Part shown: piece after piece, positions 45,917 to 55,419 of the stretch
Layout: each line of letters begins with the position of its first letter
How positions within the stretch are numbered: position 1 is the first letter of the stretch
Assembly: GCA_964448075.1 (NCBI GenBank)
Contig: CAYUUR010000003.1
Span: forward strand, 133,610-197,609
Origin: an uncultured Candidatus Saccharibacteria bacterium
Lineage (GTDB): Bacteria > Patescibacteriota > Saccharimonadia > Saccharimonadales > CAYUUR01
Length of the DNA stretch: 64,000 bases
Direction: 5' to 3'
The notes under the pieces: model-generated
The model's input: only the letters and a program-made list of their open reading frames with translations
Database searches by the model: none
What the model was told of the DNA's origin: nothing
Translations under genes and position numbers: made by a program

Positions 45917-47258
45917 AAAACCAACGACCACTTTCGGCACTGAACGCACCCCGGAAGCACCAGGAGATTTCGGCGAGATACGGCGAGATGTTGCCGAGCG
46001 TCTTTTCAAAGACCCGTCTTATACAACATTCGATGCAATGTCAGAGATGTCTACCGCAGCCGAGGAGTATATTAACAAGCTTTCAAGTCAGTATCCTGGC
46101 TTAAAACTATGGGTCGGCGGCTCACTTGGGCGTCGTGAGATGTTGCCGAATTCTGATATTGACCTCTTCGTTATATACGATGACGATACCTACATCGAAA
46201 GTGATATTAGGGTTGATGGTGTCGATAAGTTTGAGGTTGGCCACATCAGCAAAGATCGACTGCGCGATTTATTGAACTACTCTCTCGTCGACGCCAACCG
46301 CTTCATTGATGGACGGATGGTCGGGCATGTTCCAGCCGATGACATCGAGGAGATGATTCTTGAGGCAAACACCCCTGATCATCAACTTGCGAACAATATT
46401 AGCGAATACTTCTTCTATCGTTATTTTGACTTTCCGAATAAAAAGACGGACATGGGGCCAAATCTAAAGTACAGCACTGGGTCTAGCAGGGATACCATTT
46501 TCTTTAATATGATTTCGCGCATGAGCACTGGAAGTTTCCCCGCCATAAGAGGTGAAAGCCCGGAGCTGCCAGAAGTCATGATAGACGCCGAGAAGCGGTA
46601 TGGCCTTCGCGCTCCGTTTGAAGCAGCTAATTTACTATTTACAGTCAAGAATGCAGCGATATCCGTCTACGATATGACTGGCGATGTACGTAATCGGTAC
46701 GTATCCCCAACGAGCCTGGAGGCCATATATGAATTCTGCAAAGACAAGTTTCAGGCATGGGGTATCAATGATAGTAGGCAGTTTATCGAAGCATATTCAG
46801 CCGCACGGCAAGAGCTTGAATATACCGTCGATACCATGCTGACCAAGGTACTCTCCGATCATCCTGCTGCGCAATCTTTCGGTCAAGTCTTGCGGGCTAC
46901 ACCCGAAGAGCTGCCAGAACTCTGTCTCGAGCTAATTCGTGGCGAATCAGAACACCCTCATTCCGTAGCTTCTTTTAGCACGTGGTATGCGTCTACGGGC
47001 CGAGTAGACGGAGAGAGTATGGAGAAGATTGCCAACGAATTGATGGAGCAGCCGCTTGATCGTTCATGGGGAGCATTGATGGCAGTTGCTTGCTGTCCTT
47101 ACACGCCCGATTCTACACTGTCATCGTTGGCTGATTGGCTGTATAAGAACGAAGAAGGAGCGTATCTTACAAAGCTTATTACGCGCAACACTAATGCATC
47201 TCCTGAAACTAGAAGCAAGGCCATACAGTACTATAAAGATAAGGAGATAATCATCTAG
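45903..47258 (+). CDS. nucleotidyltransferase domain protein (GlnD/DUF294-like NTase core) with large helical C-terminal region
   Basis: WVGGSLGRREMLPNSDIDLFVIYDD. 14-nt overlap with the previous gene. Confidence 0.65.
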   Translation: MNGIEKPTTTFGTERTPEAPGDFGEIRRDVAERLFKDPSYTTFDAMSEMSTAAEEYINKLSSQYPGLKLWVGGSLGRREMLPNSDIDLFVIYDDDTYIESDIRVDGVDKFEVGHISKDRLRDLLNYSLVDANRFIDGRMVGHVPADDIEEMILEANTPDHQLANNISEYFFYRYFDFPNKKTDMGPNLKYSTGSSRDTIFFNMISRMSTGSFPAIRGESPELPEVMIDAEKRYGLRAPFEAANLLFTVKNAAISVYDMTGDVRNRYVSPTSLEAIYEFCKDKFQAWGINDSRQFIEAYSAARQELEYTVDTMLTKVLSDHPAAQSFGQVLRATPEELPELCLELIRGESEHPHSVASFSTWYASTGRVDGESMEKIANELMEQPLDRSWGALMAVACCPYTPDSTLSSLADWLYKNEEGAYLTKLITRNTNASPETRSKAIQYYKDKEIII

Positions 47259-47259
47259 T

Positions 47260-47982
47260 ATGATCAAACTGATGACGCTTAATTTGTGGGGTTACGAGCA
47301 ATGGGATACTCGTAAAAAAGCGGTTCTCTCTTTGATAAAAAGACAATCGCCGGATGTCATTGCTCTACAGGAGGTCCAATTTGATGTGGTGAGGTCGCCT
47401 ATCTCGCAAGCTACTTACTTGGCAAGAGAGGGTTGCTTTCCTTATGTAATATACACGCCTTCGTTTCGGAAAGATCGACACCCAAGACGACGAGCTTTAA
47501 CCGAAGGCTATTCGCATGGACTAGCTTTGCTATCCAAACATCCTATCGTTTCAAGTGAACTATACCTCCTTTCTCAAGGTATTAATTTCGACGAGCCATG
47601 CTCCACGCTATTTGCGACCATCAATGTTAACGGTCAGAGGATTGATATCTGCAATGTGCACTTTGGTAACACCGATCAAGAGTCGAGTGAACACCTGAAC
47701 GAGCTAGTGAAGCTTTGTGTAAAAAGAAAAATTCAGCCGGTAATTCTGGGTGACTTTAATATATTCAAGCTAGTTGATCATTCAAATAATACACTGCTGG
47801 GTAGCTATGCTTTGTCTTCAGACGAACTAGAATATATATCAATTCCGAAGAACAATGGTACGCTGGATTACATAGCCATCCCTAAAAAGTATTCTTTTCT
47901 GTCGGTTTTTTGCCCCGAAGACGAAGTGTCAGATCATCGCACTGTCATCGCGGAATTAGGAATCAGGGGTCGTTATGAGTAA
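47260..47982 (+). CDS. endonuclease/exonuclease/phosphatase (EEP) family protein
   Basis: LMTLNLWG, DVIALQEV, GDFN, SDHRTV motifs. Confidence 0.8.
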   Translation: MIKLMTLNLWGYEQWDTRKKAVLSLIKRQSPDVIALQEVQFDVVRSPISQATYLAREGCFPYVIYTPSFRKDRHPRRRALTEGYSHGLALLSKHPIVSSELYLLSQGINFDEPCSTLFATINVNGQRIDICNVHFGNTDQESSEHLNELVKLCVKRKIQPVILGDFNIFKLVDHSNNTLLGSYALSSDELEYISIPKNNGTLDYIAIPKKYSFLSVFCPEDEVSDHRTVIAELGIRGRYE

Positions 47983-48454
47983 TTTGAATCAAGAGCTACT
48001 TATTGTAGCAGAGGAGAATATTGGCAGGCCATTCAGACACCACTTTAAGCCCAATCTGTGTAATGGAGGGTGGGAGACCATCGATACATGTATGGAGGCG
48101 GGAATGGATCAGAATGGTTTTGATTGTATGGGACTAGTGATATACAGTCTGTGCAAAGTACTTGACATAGATTCCACAAACTGGCCAAGAGAACTAAGGC
48201 ACAGCCTTCAACTGCGAGCTCTCGCGCATGATAGATCCCACCTGAGATATGGAGATATTTTGCTGATAGAGTCACTGTCTCCGGAGAATCGGCCCTATAT
48301 GACACATATGGGTTTTTACGAGGATGCATCTACAATTATCCACGCAAGCGGAATATCTGGTGTTGTAGAGAGAACACCAATAAGCAGCCTTATGATTACT
48401 GAACTGACGGTCCTCAATACGGATGAACTAATCGGCAGACTTAGAAGTTGCTAA
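47975..48454 (+). CDS. NlpC/P60 (C40) family peptidase-like protein, no signal peptide seen
   Basis: GFDCMGLVIY (catalytic Cys context), GDILLIE, HMGFY...IIHAS. Confidence 0.7.
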   Translation: MSNLNQELLIVAEENIGRPFRHHFKPNLCNGGWETIDTCMEAGMDQNGFDCMGLVIYSLCKVLDIDSTNWPRELRHSLQLRALAHDRSHLRYGDILLIESLSPENRPYMTHMGFYEDASTIIHASGISGVVERTPISSLMITELTVLNTDELIGRLRSC

Positions 48455-48949
48455 TTAGCTTTTGATCGATATCTTTTTTAACACCCTTCGCTTATAGGGA
48501 TCCTCGTCTGGGAACATATCTACTACGCTCAGAGTCGTAAACGCAACCTTATCACCTTTATTAAGGCGTGCGTGCTTTTGTACAGTTGCATGCGGAAGAA
48601 ATCCATCACGTGCAAACTGTGGATCATTCAGCACAAGTTTGCCTTCTCCTAATGCCGTCACCACATCGAGGTGCAGGCTGACTAGGCTCTCTGATCGATT
48701 AAGGAGAACCACCTGAACTTGTCCGTTTTCACCAAAAAACCTATCATCTCCAGCTACCGACTCGGCAGGCATATGGCTACTTAATAGCTCAGTAAGTTTT
48801 GTGATCATCTCGTCAACAGACCAATCAATCGCAAACGTATCAACAATAGTCGAATGAAGCGGCCAGTTATCTGATGAATACTCGTATCCTTCATCAATTG
48901 GATCGAAAAACTGAACTATAGTATATTTTTGAGTAAATTTCTGGGTCAT
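48455..48949 (-). CDS. 2H phosphoesterase (LigT / 2'-5' RNA ligase superfamily) protein
   Basis: Two HxT/S motifs: PLHSTIV and LPHATVQ; 164 aa. Confidence 0.6.
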   Translation of the reverse strand: MTQKFTQKYTIVQFFDPIDEGYEYSSDNWPLHSTIVDTFAIDWSVDEMITKLTELLSSHMPAESVAGDDRFFGENGQVQVVLLNRSESLVSLHLDVVTALGEGKLVLNDPQFARDGFLPHATVQKHARLNKGDKVAFTTLSVVDMFPDEDPYKRRVLKKISIKS

Positions 48950-48997
48950 TGCAATAAAACGTCTCCTGTTGATACTGCCACTAGTATAGCGTACTTT

Positions 48998-49567
48998 CTA
49001 TTTATAGATACATTCCTGACAAATTTCAGTCCAAGTGATAATATCCTGCTTTTTGGTGTGTTTTGAAGTGGTCTTGCCACCACACTTTTCACACTCACGT
49101 TTCGCACCCTCCCATTCAGTACCATCTTCCCAGAGAGCCATGCGCTTATTACAGGCTTCGCATTCAAACATTATAAGGATGTCATCTTCTTTACGGTTAT
49201 CACGGTGCAGATAGTCTTTGCTAACAACTCGCATATCTTTGCCGCAAGCTCGGCAGAACGTTCCGCCTGAGACATGAGCCGAAGCAAGACGTTCATCTTT
49301 TTTCTGGTCTTCTGCCATCCACTTGGCAATATTAGCTTCCCGATTTGTGGCTCGTTCGGCAGCGACAGATTCAACGAACAAGAAATAATACTGGCTGTAG
49401 TGAAGATACCAGCCTGGTAGTTTATCTGTCAGCTCTTTCTTGCTGAGCTTCTTCTCCATTGTGGTGAAGGTATCGTCAACAATGCGTTCACCTGATCGAC
49501 ATTTGGCGATGGTGGCATCATCGTAGCGATCTTCATAATATTTATGTTCCTGAAGGTAGGTATACAC
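48998..49567 (-). CDS. hypothetical zinc-ribbon protein
   Basis: Four CxxC pairs (CRACGKD, CEACNKR, CEKCGGK, CQECIYK). Confidence 0.5.
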   Translation of the reverse strand: MYTYLQEHKYYEDRYDDATIAKCRSGERIVDDTFTTMEKKLSKKELTDKLPGWYLHYSQYYFLFVESVAAERATNREANIAKWMAEDQKKDERLASAHVSGGTFCRACGKDMRVVSKDYLHRDNRKEDDILIMFECEACNKRMALWEDGTEWEGAKRECEKCGGKTTSKHTKKQDIITWTEICQECIYK

Positions 49568-49703
49568 TTTTTAGATTTAACCTTTAGCTTGAAGTTCTTT
49601 TGGAAGTAAACCCTCAATCTGCTTATCTGACCAGACATTTTTATTGTCGGGAGTGATCTTGAGCTTTTTCATTGCACTATCGTAGTCTGCGCCAGTAGTC
49701 TGA

Positions 49704-49934
49704 AGAGCTGAGTCAGATCAAAAGCTATTCAACGCAGCGGGTCAGGAATACTCAGCTGATGACACCGCTACTATGTATAACTCCACCGACACAGCAAGCA
49801 CCTGGTACAACGACATCAACCCAGGCAACAGCGTGAGCGGCGTGATCGTCTTCGACCTACCAAAAGACCAGACACCAGTGAGTGCGGAACTGCATGACAG
49901 CGCCTTCTCAAACGGTGTAAAAGTAAACCTATAA
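49704..49934 (+). pseudogene. C-terminal fragment of a DUF4352-type secreted protein gene
   Basis: Own translation: RAESDQKLFNAAGQEYSADDTATMYNSTDTASTWYNDINPGNSVSGVIVFDLPKDQTPVSAELHDSAFSNGVKVNL*. In-frame stops lie immediately upstream (tga 49701-49703 and more); no start codon or signal peptide. Confidence 0.55.
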
Positions 49935-49982
49935 TTAGGCTAGACTTACAGATCAAGCAGCGGTACTGTTTGATGTACAGCC

Positions 49983-51260
49983 ATGCTGGACGAAAATACT
50001 CAACCACTTAAGTACTGCCTGTACGCTCGAAAGTCTTCCGAGTCTGACGAGCGTCAGGCAATGTCGATTGACTCACAACTTAACGAAATGAGAGCACTAG
50101 CCGAAAATGAAGGCCTGCAGATAGTCTGCGAGCTTCAGGAGAGTCACTCTGCTAAAGATTCTGGCAAAAGACCCGTATACAACAAATTACTTAAGGGCTT
50201 AGCAAGCGAAGAATATAATGCCGTCCTCACATGGGCACCCGATCGACTAAGTAGGAATGCTGGCGACCTTGGATCGGTTGTTGACCTCATGGATCAAGGC
50301 AAGCTACTGCATATCCGTACTTACTCGCAGACGTTCACAAATAACCCGAACGAGAAGTTCTTACTAATGATTCTATGTTCGCAAGCCAAACTTGAGAACG
50401 ATAACAAAAGTATTAACGTCAAACGAGGCATTAGAAACAAATGCGAGATGGGTTGGCGACCAGGCGTTGCACCGCTTGGGTACATGAATCGAGCATTCGC
50501 AGGTGTTAACGACATAATCCTCGATCCTGATAGATCGGAACTAATTATCGAAGCTTTTCAAAAAGCTGGGTACGAGCGTTGGAGCGGTCGTAGGATAAAA
50601 GCATGGCTTGATGAGCAAGGCTTTACTAATCGTTCAGGAAAACCGATTAGTGTGAGTCAAATATTAGTAATACTCAGTACGCCATTCTACTATGGCAAAT
50701 TCCAATACCCTGAAGCACCAGATGCACCATGGTACACAGGTGCCCATAAGCCACTTATATCTAAAGAGTTGTTCGATCTCGTGCAAGAAACGAGAGGTGT
50801 CAACAAGGGTGTGTGGGGATCAAAAACATTTGCCTTCCGAGGACTACTGAAATGTGGACGGTGTACTGCAGATATCACAGCACAAGACAAATTCAAGACA
50901 CTAAAAAATGGTGATGTAAAAAGATTCGTCTACTACAACTGCACAAGACGTAAAGACCCAAACTGTGCCGAGAAATATGTGAATGAAGAAAGGCTTTGTG
51001 AATTGATGCAGGGTTTTATTGAGAAACATCACGAGGAGATAAAAATAACGGAGAAACTTAGGGCAAGAGTCGACAAACACTTCTATACAACTAAAACGAT
51101 ACTTACTCACTACAAAATCGATCAAAAACTAAATAATCCATTCATTGAGTATGCTCGATACGTACTTGCTGACGGCACGGATAGTGAGAGAACATTCTTA
51201 GCATCAAATATGGGTCCTATGCTTCAAATAAAGGATGGCGAACTTGAGTTCTATGTATAG
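49983..51260 (+). CDS. large serine recombinase (resolvase N-terminal domain, recombinase domain, zinc ribbon)
   Basis: YCLYARKSSESDERQAMSIDSQ (catalytic Ser context), APDRLSRN, GYMNR..., CGRCTADITAQ...YYNCTRRKDPNC. Confidence 0.85.
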   Translation: MLDENTQPLKYCLYARKSSESDERQAMSIDSQLNEMRALAENEGLQIVCELQESHSAKDSGKRPVYNKLLKGLASEEYNAVLTWAPDRLSRNAGDLGSVVDLMDQGKLLHIRTYSQTFTNNPNEKFLLMILCSQAKLENDNKSINVKRGIRNKCEMGWRPGVAPLGYMNRAFAGVNDIILDPDRSELIIEAFQKAGYERWSGRRIKAWLDEQGFTNRSGKPISVSQILVILSTPFYYGKFQYPEAPDAPWYTGAHKPLISKELFDLVQETRGVNKGVWGSKTFAFRGLLKCGRCTADITAQDKFKTLKNGDVKRFVYYNCTRRKDPNCAEKYVNEERLCELMQGFIEKHHEEIKITEKLRARVDKHFYTTKTILTHYKIDQKLNNPFIEYARYVLADGTDSERTFLASNMGPMLQIKDGELEFYV

Positions 51261-51294
51261 ACCGTCCGCTTACATCTGTTAGTTTTAAAAATTA

Positions 51295-51915
51295 TTAAAA
51301 CAAGTGGTTCAGCCTAACTTTTACACTGTCTTCGTTATGACCACCGCTGCATGATGCTGGGTCTTTTGTAATATTGTACTTTTCTGCAGTCGTAGCAACA
51401 GTATCAAACTGTTTACTTAGCTCGTCTTTTGATGACGAACCGTAACTTACTAGCAACCTGTCTTTATCCCCAATTACTTTGTTAGTTATATTGCTGACTT
51501 CTTCACCGTTTAATATATAGGTCACTTTTTTTGTGTCGTTATTAACTAATAGCACATCAGAAGTATCTAAATATTCGGCACTAACATTCCAATTTATGTT
51601 CTGGAAAAAATTACCCCAAGTTACTGCACTATCTTCCACATGAACCACATCTTTAATATTTTCATGTAAATGTGCGCGTTCACCAGGTTTCTTTTCGGTG
51701 CTTATACTACATTCAGAAATTTCTTCGTAAAGTAAAGGATTACTAAACTGTTCTTGCTTGCCATTAACATATACTGCGAAGTTGGCATGATAGTGTACTT
51801 CTTTTGGTGGTTCATAAGTCACAAATCTTATGCCTAAAATTACCAACATACCAATCAAAACGCCCGTAATGCCTACTACGGCTTTGTTCGGTCTTCTAAG
51901 CTCTGGGGTTTTCAT
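51295..51915 (-). CDS. hypothetical membrane-anchored protein with His-rich motifs (metal-module associated)
   Basis: N-terminal TM; HYHANFAVYVNG and HLHENIKDVVHVE motifs; sits in the copper cluster. Confidence 0.5.
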   Translation of the reverse strand: MKTPELRRPNKAVVGITGVLIGMLVILGIRFVTYEPPKEVHYHANFAVYVNGKQEQFSNPLLYEEISECSISTEKKPGERAHLHENIKDVVHVEDSAVTWGNFFQNINWNVSAEYLDTSDVLLVNNDTKKVTYILNGEEVSNITNKVIGDKDRLLVSYGSSSKDELSKQFDTVATTAEKYNITKDPASCSGGHNEDSVKVRLNHLF

Positions 51916-51978
51916 ATATTCTCCAAGTGTTTATTACTATTTAGTATCTACGATTTATACACTTATAGTATCTGTGTT

Positions 51979-52653
51979 CTAGTTTGCGTAGCCCCAGTCT
52001 TTTTGCCATCGTTTCATCTGTGCAATTTCACTACTCTGAGCAGCTACAATAGCTTTTGTTAATGTTTTTACTTCGTCATGCTTTGCGTTTGTCTGACCAG
52101 GATATGCCATATTTATTGCCGATTGGTGGTGTTCTATCATGGAAGATAGAAAAGCCTTATCAAACGCATCGCCGGTAAGTCCTTTTAGCTCTTCAGTCAT
52201 TTGTCCCATATCTGCCATCATTCCCATAGCTGAATGATCCATCATCATTTCTCCGCTACTTGATGGGTAACTCCAAGCTGTTTGCCAACTTTCCATATCA
52301 GTAATTTCTTTGCTTTGAGCTGAAATTATATTCTCAGCCATATCTTTTAGTTCTTGGTGCTTGGCATTGGTTTGAGCTAGCTTCGCCATGTCTACAGCAC
52401 CCTTATGATGCTCGATCATATTAGCAATAAACATACGGTCATAGTCGTCACCAGTAAGTTCGCTATACATTTTGTAATCAGCCGAGTTCTTGTCTACTAA
52501 ACTGCTTGAACTTACTTGCTGTGACGAGTTTTCACCCATCATATTGTTGTTGCCCATCATCCCATCATCATTGTTACTAATTGCGTAGATACTGACTCCT
52601 GCAATCGCCACGATTGCTACTATTGCCACGATTAGTATGTTCTTGTTCTTCAT
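51979..52653 (-). CDS. DUF305 domain protein (tandem DUF305 repeats)
   Basis: MFIANMIEHHKGAVDMA and FLSSMIEHHQSAINMA; signal/TM N-terminus. Confidence 0.8.
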   Translation of the reverse strand: MKNKNILIVAIVAIVAIAGVSIYAISNNDDGMMGNNNMMGENSSQQVSSSSLVDKNSADYKMYSELTGDDYDRMFIANMIEHHKGAVDMAKLAQTNAKHQELKDMAENIISAQSKEITDMESWQTAWSYPSSSGEMMMDHSAMGMMADMGQMTEELKGLTGDAFDKAFLSSMIEHHQSAINMAYPGQTNAKHDEVKTLTKAIVAAQSSEIAQMKRWQKDWGYAN

Positions 52654-52705
52654 CCTAGGTTCTCCAAATTACGTTTAAGATATTGCTTGAATTAACAAAC
52701 AAATC

Positions 52706-53065
52706 TTAGACTCTAAAGACGCCGTACAGAATATATATCGGTATCTTTGGTGGTGGTTTAATAGAATCAGCATAGGTCCTTTGATTTACATGAATCTCGC
52801 TGAATTTCCAAACTTCATCCTGTACGTAAAACGGTATTGTTGGCTCATCGCTCTCTTCATCAAGTTCTAAATTAAGAAACTCATCTTTATTAATAACAGC
52901 CGTACGACATAGTGTTGCACAGGAAGCTGAACTGCTAGTCTCGTGGTTCATGCTACCCATGTCATGAGAGGTCATTGGCATCGCTGAAGCATGTAGACCC
53001 GAGCTAAACGTGTTGAATAGTAGGATCGTAAAGACTGTAATGATGCTGGTAAATAGCTTCTTCAT
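52706..53065 (-). CDS. hypothetical secreted small protein (Met/His-rich N-terminal segment)
   Basis: Signal peptide-like start, then AMPMTSHDMGSMNHE; 119 aa. Confidence 0.45.
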   Translation of the reverse strand: MKKLFTSIITVFTILLFNTFSSGLHASAMPMTSHDMGSMNHETSSSASCATLCRTAVINKDEFLNLELDEESDEPTIPFYVQDEVWKFSEIHVNQRTYADSIKPPPKIPIYILYGVFRV

Positions 53066-53074
53066 ACCTATATT

Positions 53075-55087
53075 TTACCCTAAGTCTAACTTCCGTAAGA
53101 ATTGAGCATTAACTGCTACTACGATAGTAGAAAGCGACATGAGCACTGCACCTATAGCTGGAGAAAGTACAAAACCGAATCCAGCAGTAACACCTGCAGC
53201 TAGAGGTATCGCAATGGCGTTGTAACCTGTCGCCCAAGCTAAATTTTGAATCATTTTTCGGTATGTAGCTTTTGAAAGAATGACAATTTTTGCTACACCT
53301 CGTGGATCACTGCTAGCCAGTACAATTCCAGCAGATTCAATGGCGACGTCTGTACCAGCCCCAATAGCTATGCCTACGTCTGCTTGTGTGAGTGCGGGGG
53401 CGTCGTTTACCCCATCGCCGACCATAGCAACTTTGCTACCATCGGCTTGAAGCTTTTTAACAACATCTGCTTTATGCTCAGGTAAAACTTCAGCAAAGAA
53501 CTCTGTAATTCCAAGTTCTTTCGATACCCAAGCCGCAACACCCTTGGCGTCACCAGTCAGCATAGCTACTCGCTTGCCAGCTTTTTGCAATGTTTGGACA
53601 GCTTTTTTCGATTCGGGTCGAATTACGTCGGCAAGCATAATTGCTCCTATAACTTTTTTTGACTTGATGACATAAACTACTGTCTTGCCATCATTGCTCG
53701 CGCTCGTGGTTGCACTTTCTAACTCTTGGGTTAACTTTAGCGATAACTCTTCGATCAGCCTTGGCCCACCCACATATATTGTATCCGTGCCAACTAGAGC
53801 TTTTGCGCCACGACCAGACATTGCCGAAAAATGCTTAGCAACAACAAGTTGTAGCTTCTTGCTTTTGGTAAAAGTAACAATGGCCTTTGCAATAGGGTGT
53901 TCTGATTCAAGCTCTACTGAAGCAGCTAAAGCGAGTACATCCTTAACTTTTGCATCTTCGGCAATTATATCGACGATGCCTTGTTCACCCTTGGTCAGTG
54001 TTCCTGTCTTATCGAATAATACGACGTCAATGTTTCTTGCAGATTCGAGCGCCATACGTTCGCGAACGAGTAGTCCATTTTTAGCAGCGAGCGTAGTAGA
54101 GATTGCAGTTACAAGCGGTACCGCAAGCCCAAGTGCATGAGGACATGCAATAACTAGTACCGTTACGACACGCTCAAGAATGAATGAAGCTGACTGGTCG
54201 CTAAAGAATGTCCAGCCGATTGCGGTGAGTATTGCTGCGCCTAGTGCAATAAATGTTAAATAGAATGCTGCACGATCAGCCACAATCTGAGTTTTTGATT
54301 TACTATTCTGTGCATCAGCAACCAATTTCATGATTCCTGCGAGGGCAGTATCATCGCCGACCTTCGTTACCTTAATAGTCAGTGCACCACTTCCATTTAT
54401 TGCACCACCAATAACGAGCGACTTAACAGTCTTACTTACTGGTTTTGATTCACCCGTAAGCATTGATTCGTTAACTTTAGATTCGCCCTTCATAACAATG
54501 CCGTCTGTCGGGATGGTCGAGCCCGGGCGAACTAATACAAGATCACCAACCTTCAAACTTGCGACTGCAACAATCTTCGTGCCACGTTTAGACACTAGCT
54601 CAGCTTCATCAGGAAGTAGTTTAGCAAGTTCCTTGAGTGCTCCTTGCGCATTCTGAACGGAAGCCATTTCTAACCAGTGACCTAAGAGCATGATTGTCAC
54701 TAAGGTTGCAAGCTCCCACCAAAAGTCCATACCCTCTAAGCCAAACGACACTGCTATGCTATAGCCAAACGCAACGGTAATAGCTAACGAAATAAGGGTC
54801 ATCATGCCAGGTTGTCTAGCGGCTAGCTCCGCTTTTGCGCTTTTTAGGAATACAAGTCCACCGTAGAAAAAGATAATTGTGCCCAAAATAGCTGGGATCC
54901 ATGTGCTGCCTGGAAACGACGGTGCTGTGAAATTAAGAAGTTCTTGAATAGTTTCAGAGAAAATAAGGACAGGGATCGTTAAAACAAAGCTTAGCCAAAA
55001 TTTCTTCTTGAACATGTCTGGATTGTGACCAGCGTGTTTATCGTGATCATGCGTTTCATGATGACCCTCGTGCATGGAGTGATCCAT
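53075..55087 (-). CDS. copB: P1B-type heavy-metal (copper) ATPase, CopB-like
   Basis: His-rich N-terminus (MDHSMHEGHHETHDHDKHAGH), TGES, CPH in TM6 (ACPHALGLAVP), DKTGTLT, GDGVNDAPAL. Confidence 0.88.
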   Translation of the reverse strand: MDHSMHEGHHETHDHDKHAGHNPDMFKKKFWLSFVLTIPVLIFSETIQELLNFTAPSFPGSTWIPAILGTIIFFYGGLVFLKSAKAELAARQPGMMTLISLAITVAFGYSIAVSFGLEGMDFWWELATLVTIMLLGHWLEMASVQNAQGALKELAKLLPDEAELVSKRGTKIVAVASLKVGDLVLVRPGSTIPTDGIVMKGESKVNESMLTGESKPVSKTVKSLVIGGAINGSGALTIKVTKVGDDTALAGIMKLVADAQNSKSKTQIVADRAAFYLTFIALGAAILTAIGWTFFSDQSASFILERVVTVLVIACPHALGLAVPLVTAISTTLAAKNGLLVRERMALESARNIDVVLFDKTGTLTKGEQGIVDIIAEDAKVKDVLALAASVELESEHPIAKAIVTFTKSKKLQLVVAKHFSAMSGRGAKALVGTDTIYVGGPRLIEELSLKLTQELESATTSASNDGKTVVYVIKSKKVIGAIMLADVIRPESKKAVQTLQKAGKRVAMLTGDAKGVAAWVSKELGITEFFAEVLPEHKADVVKKLQADGSKVAMVGDGVNDAPALTQADVGIAIGAGTDVAIESAGIVLASSDPRGVAKIVILSKATYRKMIQNLAWATGYNAIAIPLAAGVTAGFGFVLSPAIGAVLMSLSTIVVAVNAQFLRKLDLG

Positions 55088-55371
55088 TACTTGCTCCTGA
55101 CGTTGTTGAGCTCGTATAAGTTCAGTAGTTCTTCTAAAGCTTTGGTCTGTTCCTTTTCTTCACCAGAGCTAAGCATGTCAGTAATATGCGTAGTAATATG
55201 GTTTTCTACGATCAGTTTATTCAGGGAGGCTAAAGACTTTTGAATAGCTAAACTCTGGGTAAGAATATCCATGCAGTATTGCTCATTGTCTATCATCTTT
55301 TGTAGGCCTTTGATTTGACCTTCAATAATCTTGGTGCGGTGGCTGGCTCGTTTTTTGATATCTACTCTCAT
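55087..55371 (-). CDS. csoR: CsoR-family metal-sensing repressor
   Basis: 94 aa; RTKIIEGQIKGLQKMIDNEQYCMDILTQ...H pattern (DUF156 family). 1-nt overlap with the ATPase start. Confidence 0.85.
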   Translation of the reverse strand: MRVDIKKRASHRTKIIEGQIKGLQKMIDNEQYCMDILTQSLAIQKSLASLNKLIVENHITTHITDMLSSGEEKEQTKALEELLNLYELNNVRSK

Positions 55372-55382
55372 GTTCGAAGTAT

Positions 55383-55399
55383 ATACCCCATGGGGGTAT
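55383..55399. promoter_or_regulatory. CsoR-type operator palindrome
   Basis: ATACCCCATGGGGGTAT lies 12 nt upstream of the csoR start. It resembles known CsoR boxes (TACCC-N-GGGGGTA type). Confidence 0.6.
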
Positions 55400-55419
55400 T
55401 ATGTAAAGGGACAGGTCTA

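Noticed and set aside
49577-49672. 31-aa minus-strand mini-ORF (MKKLKITPDNKNVWSDKQIEGLLPKELQAKG) upstream of the zinc-ribbon gene.
   Set aside because: It is too short to support from sequence alone. It might be real, but there is no recognisable family or strong RBS.
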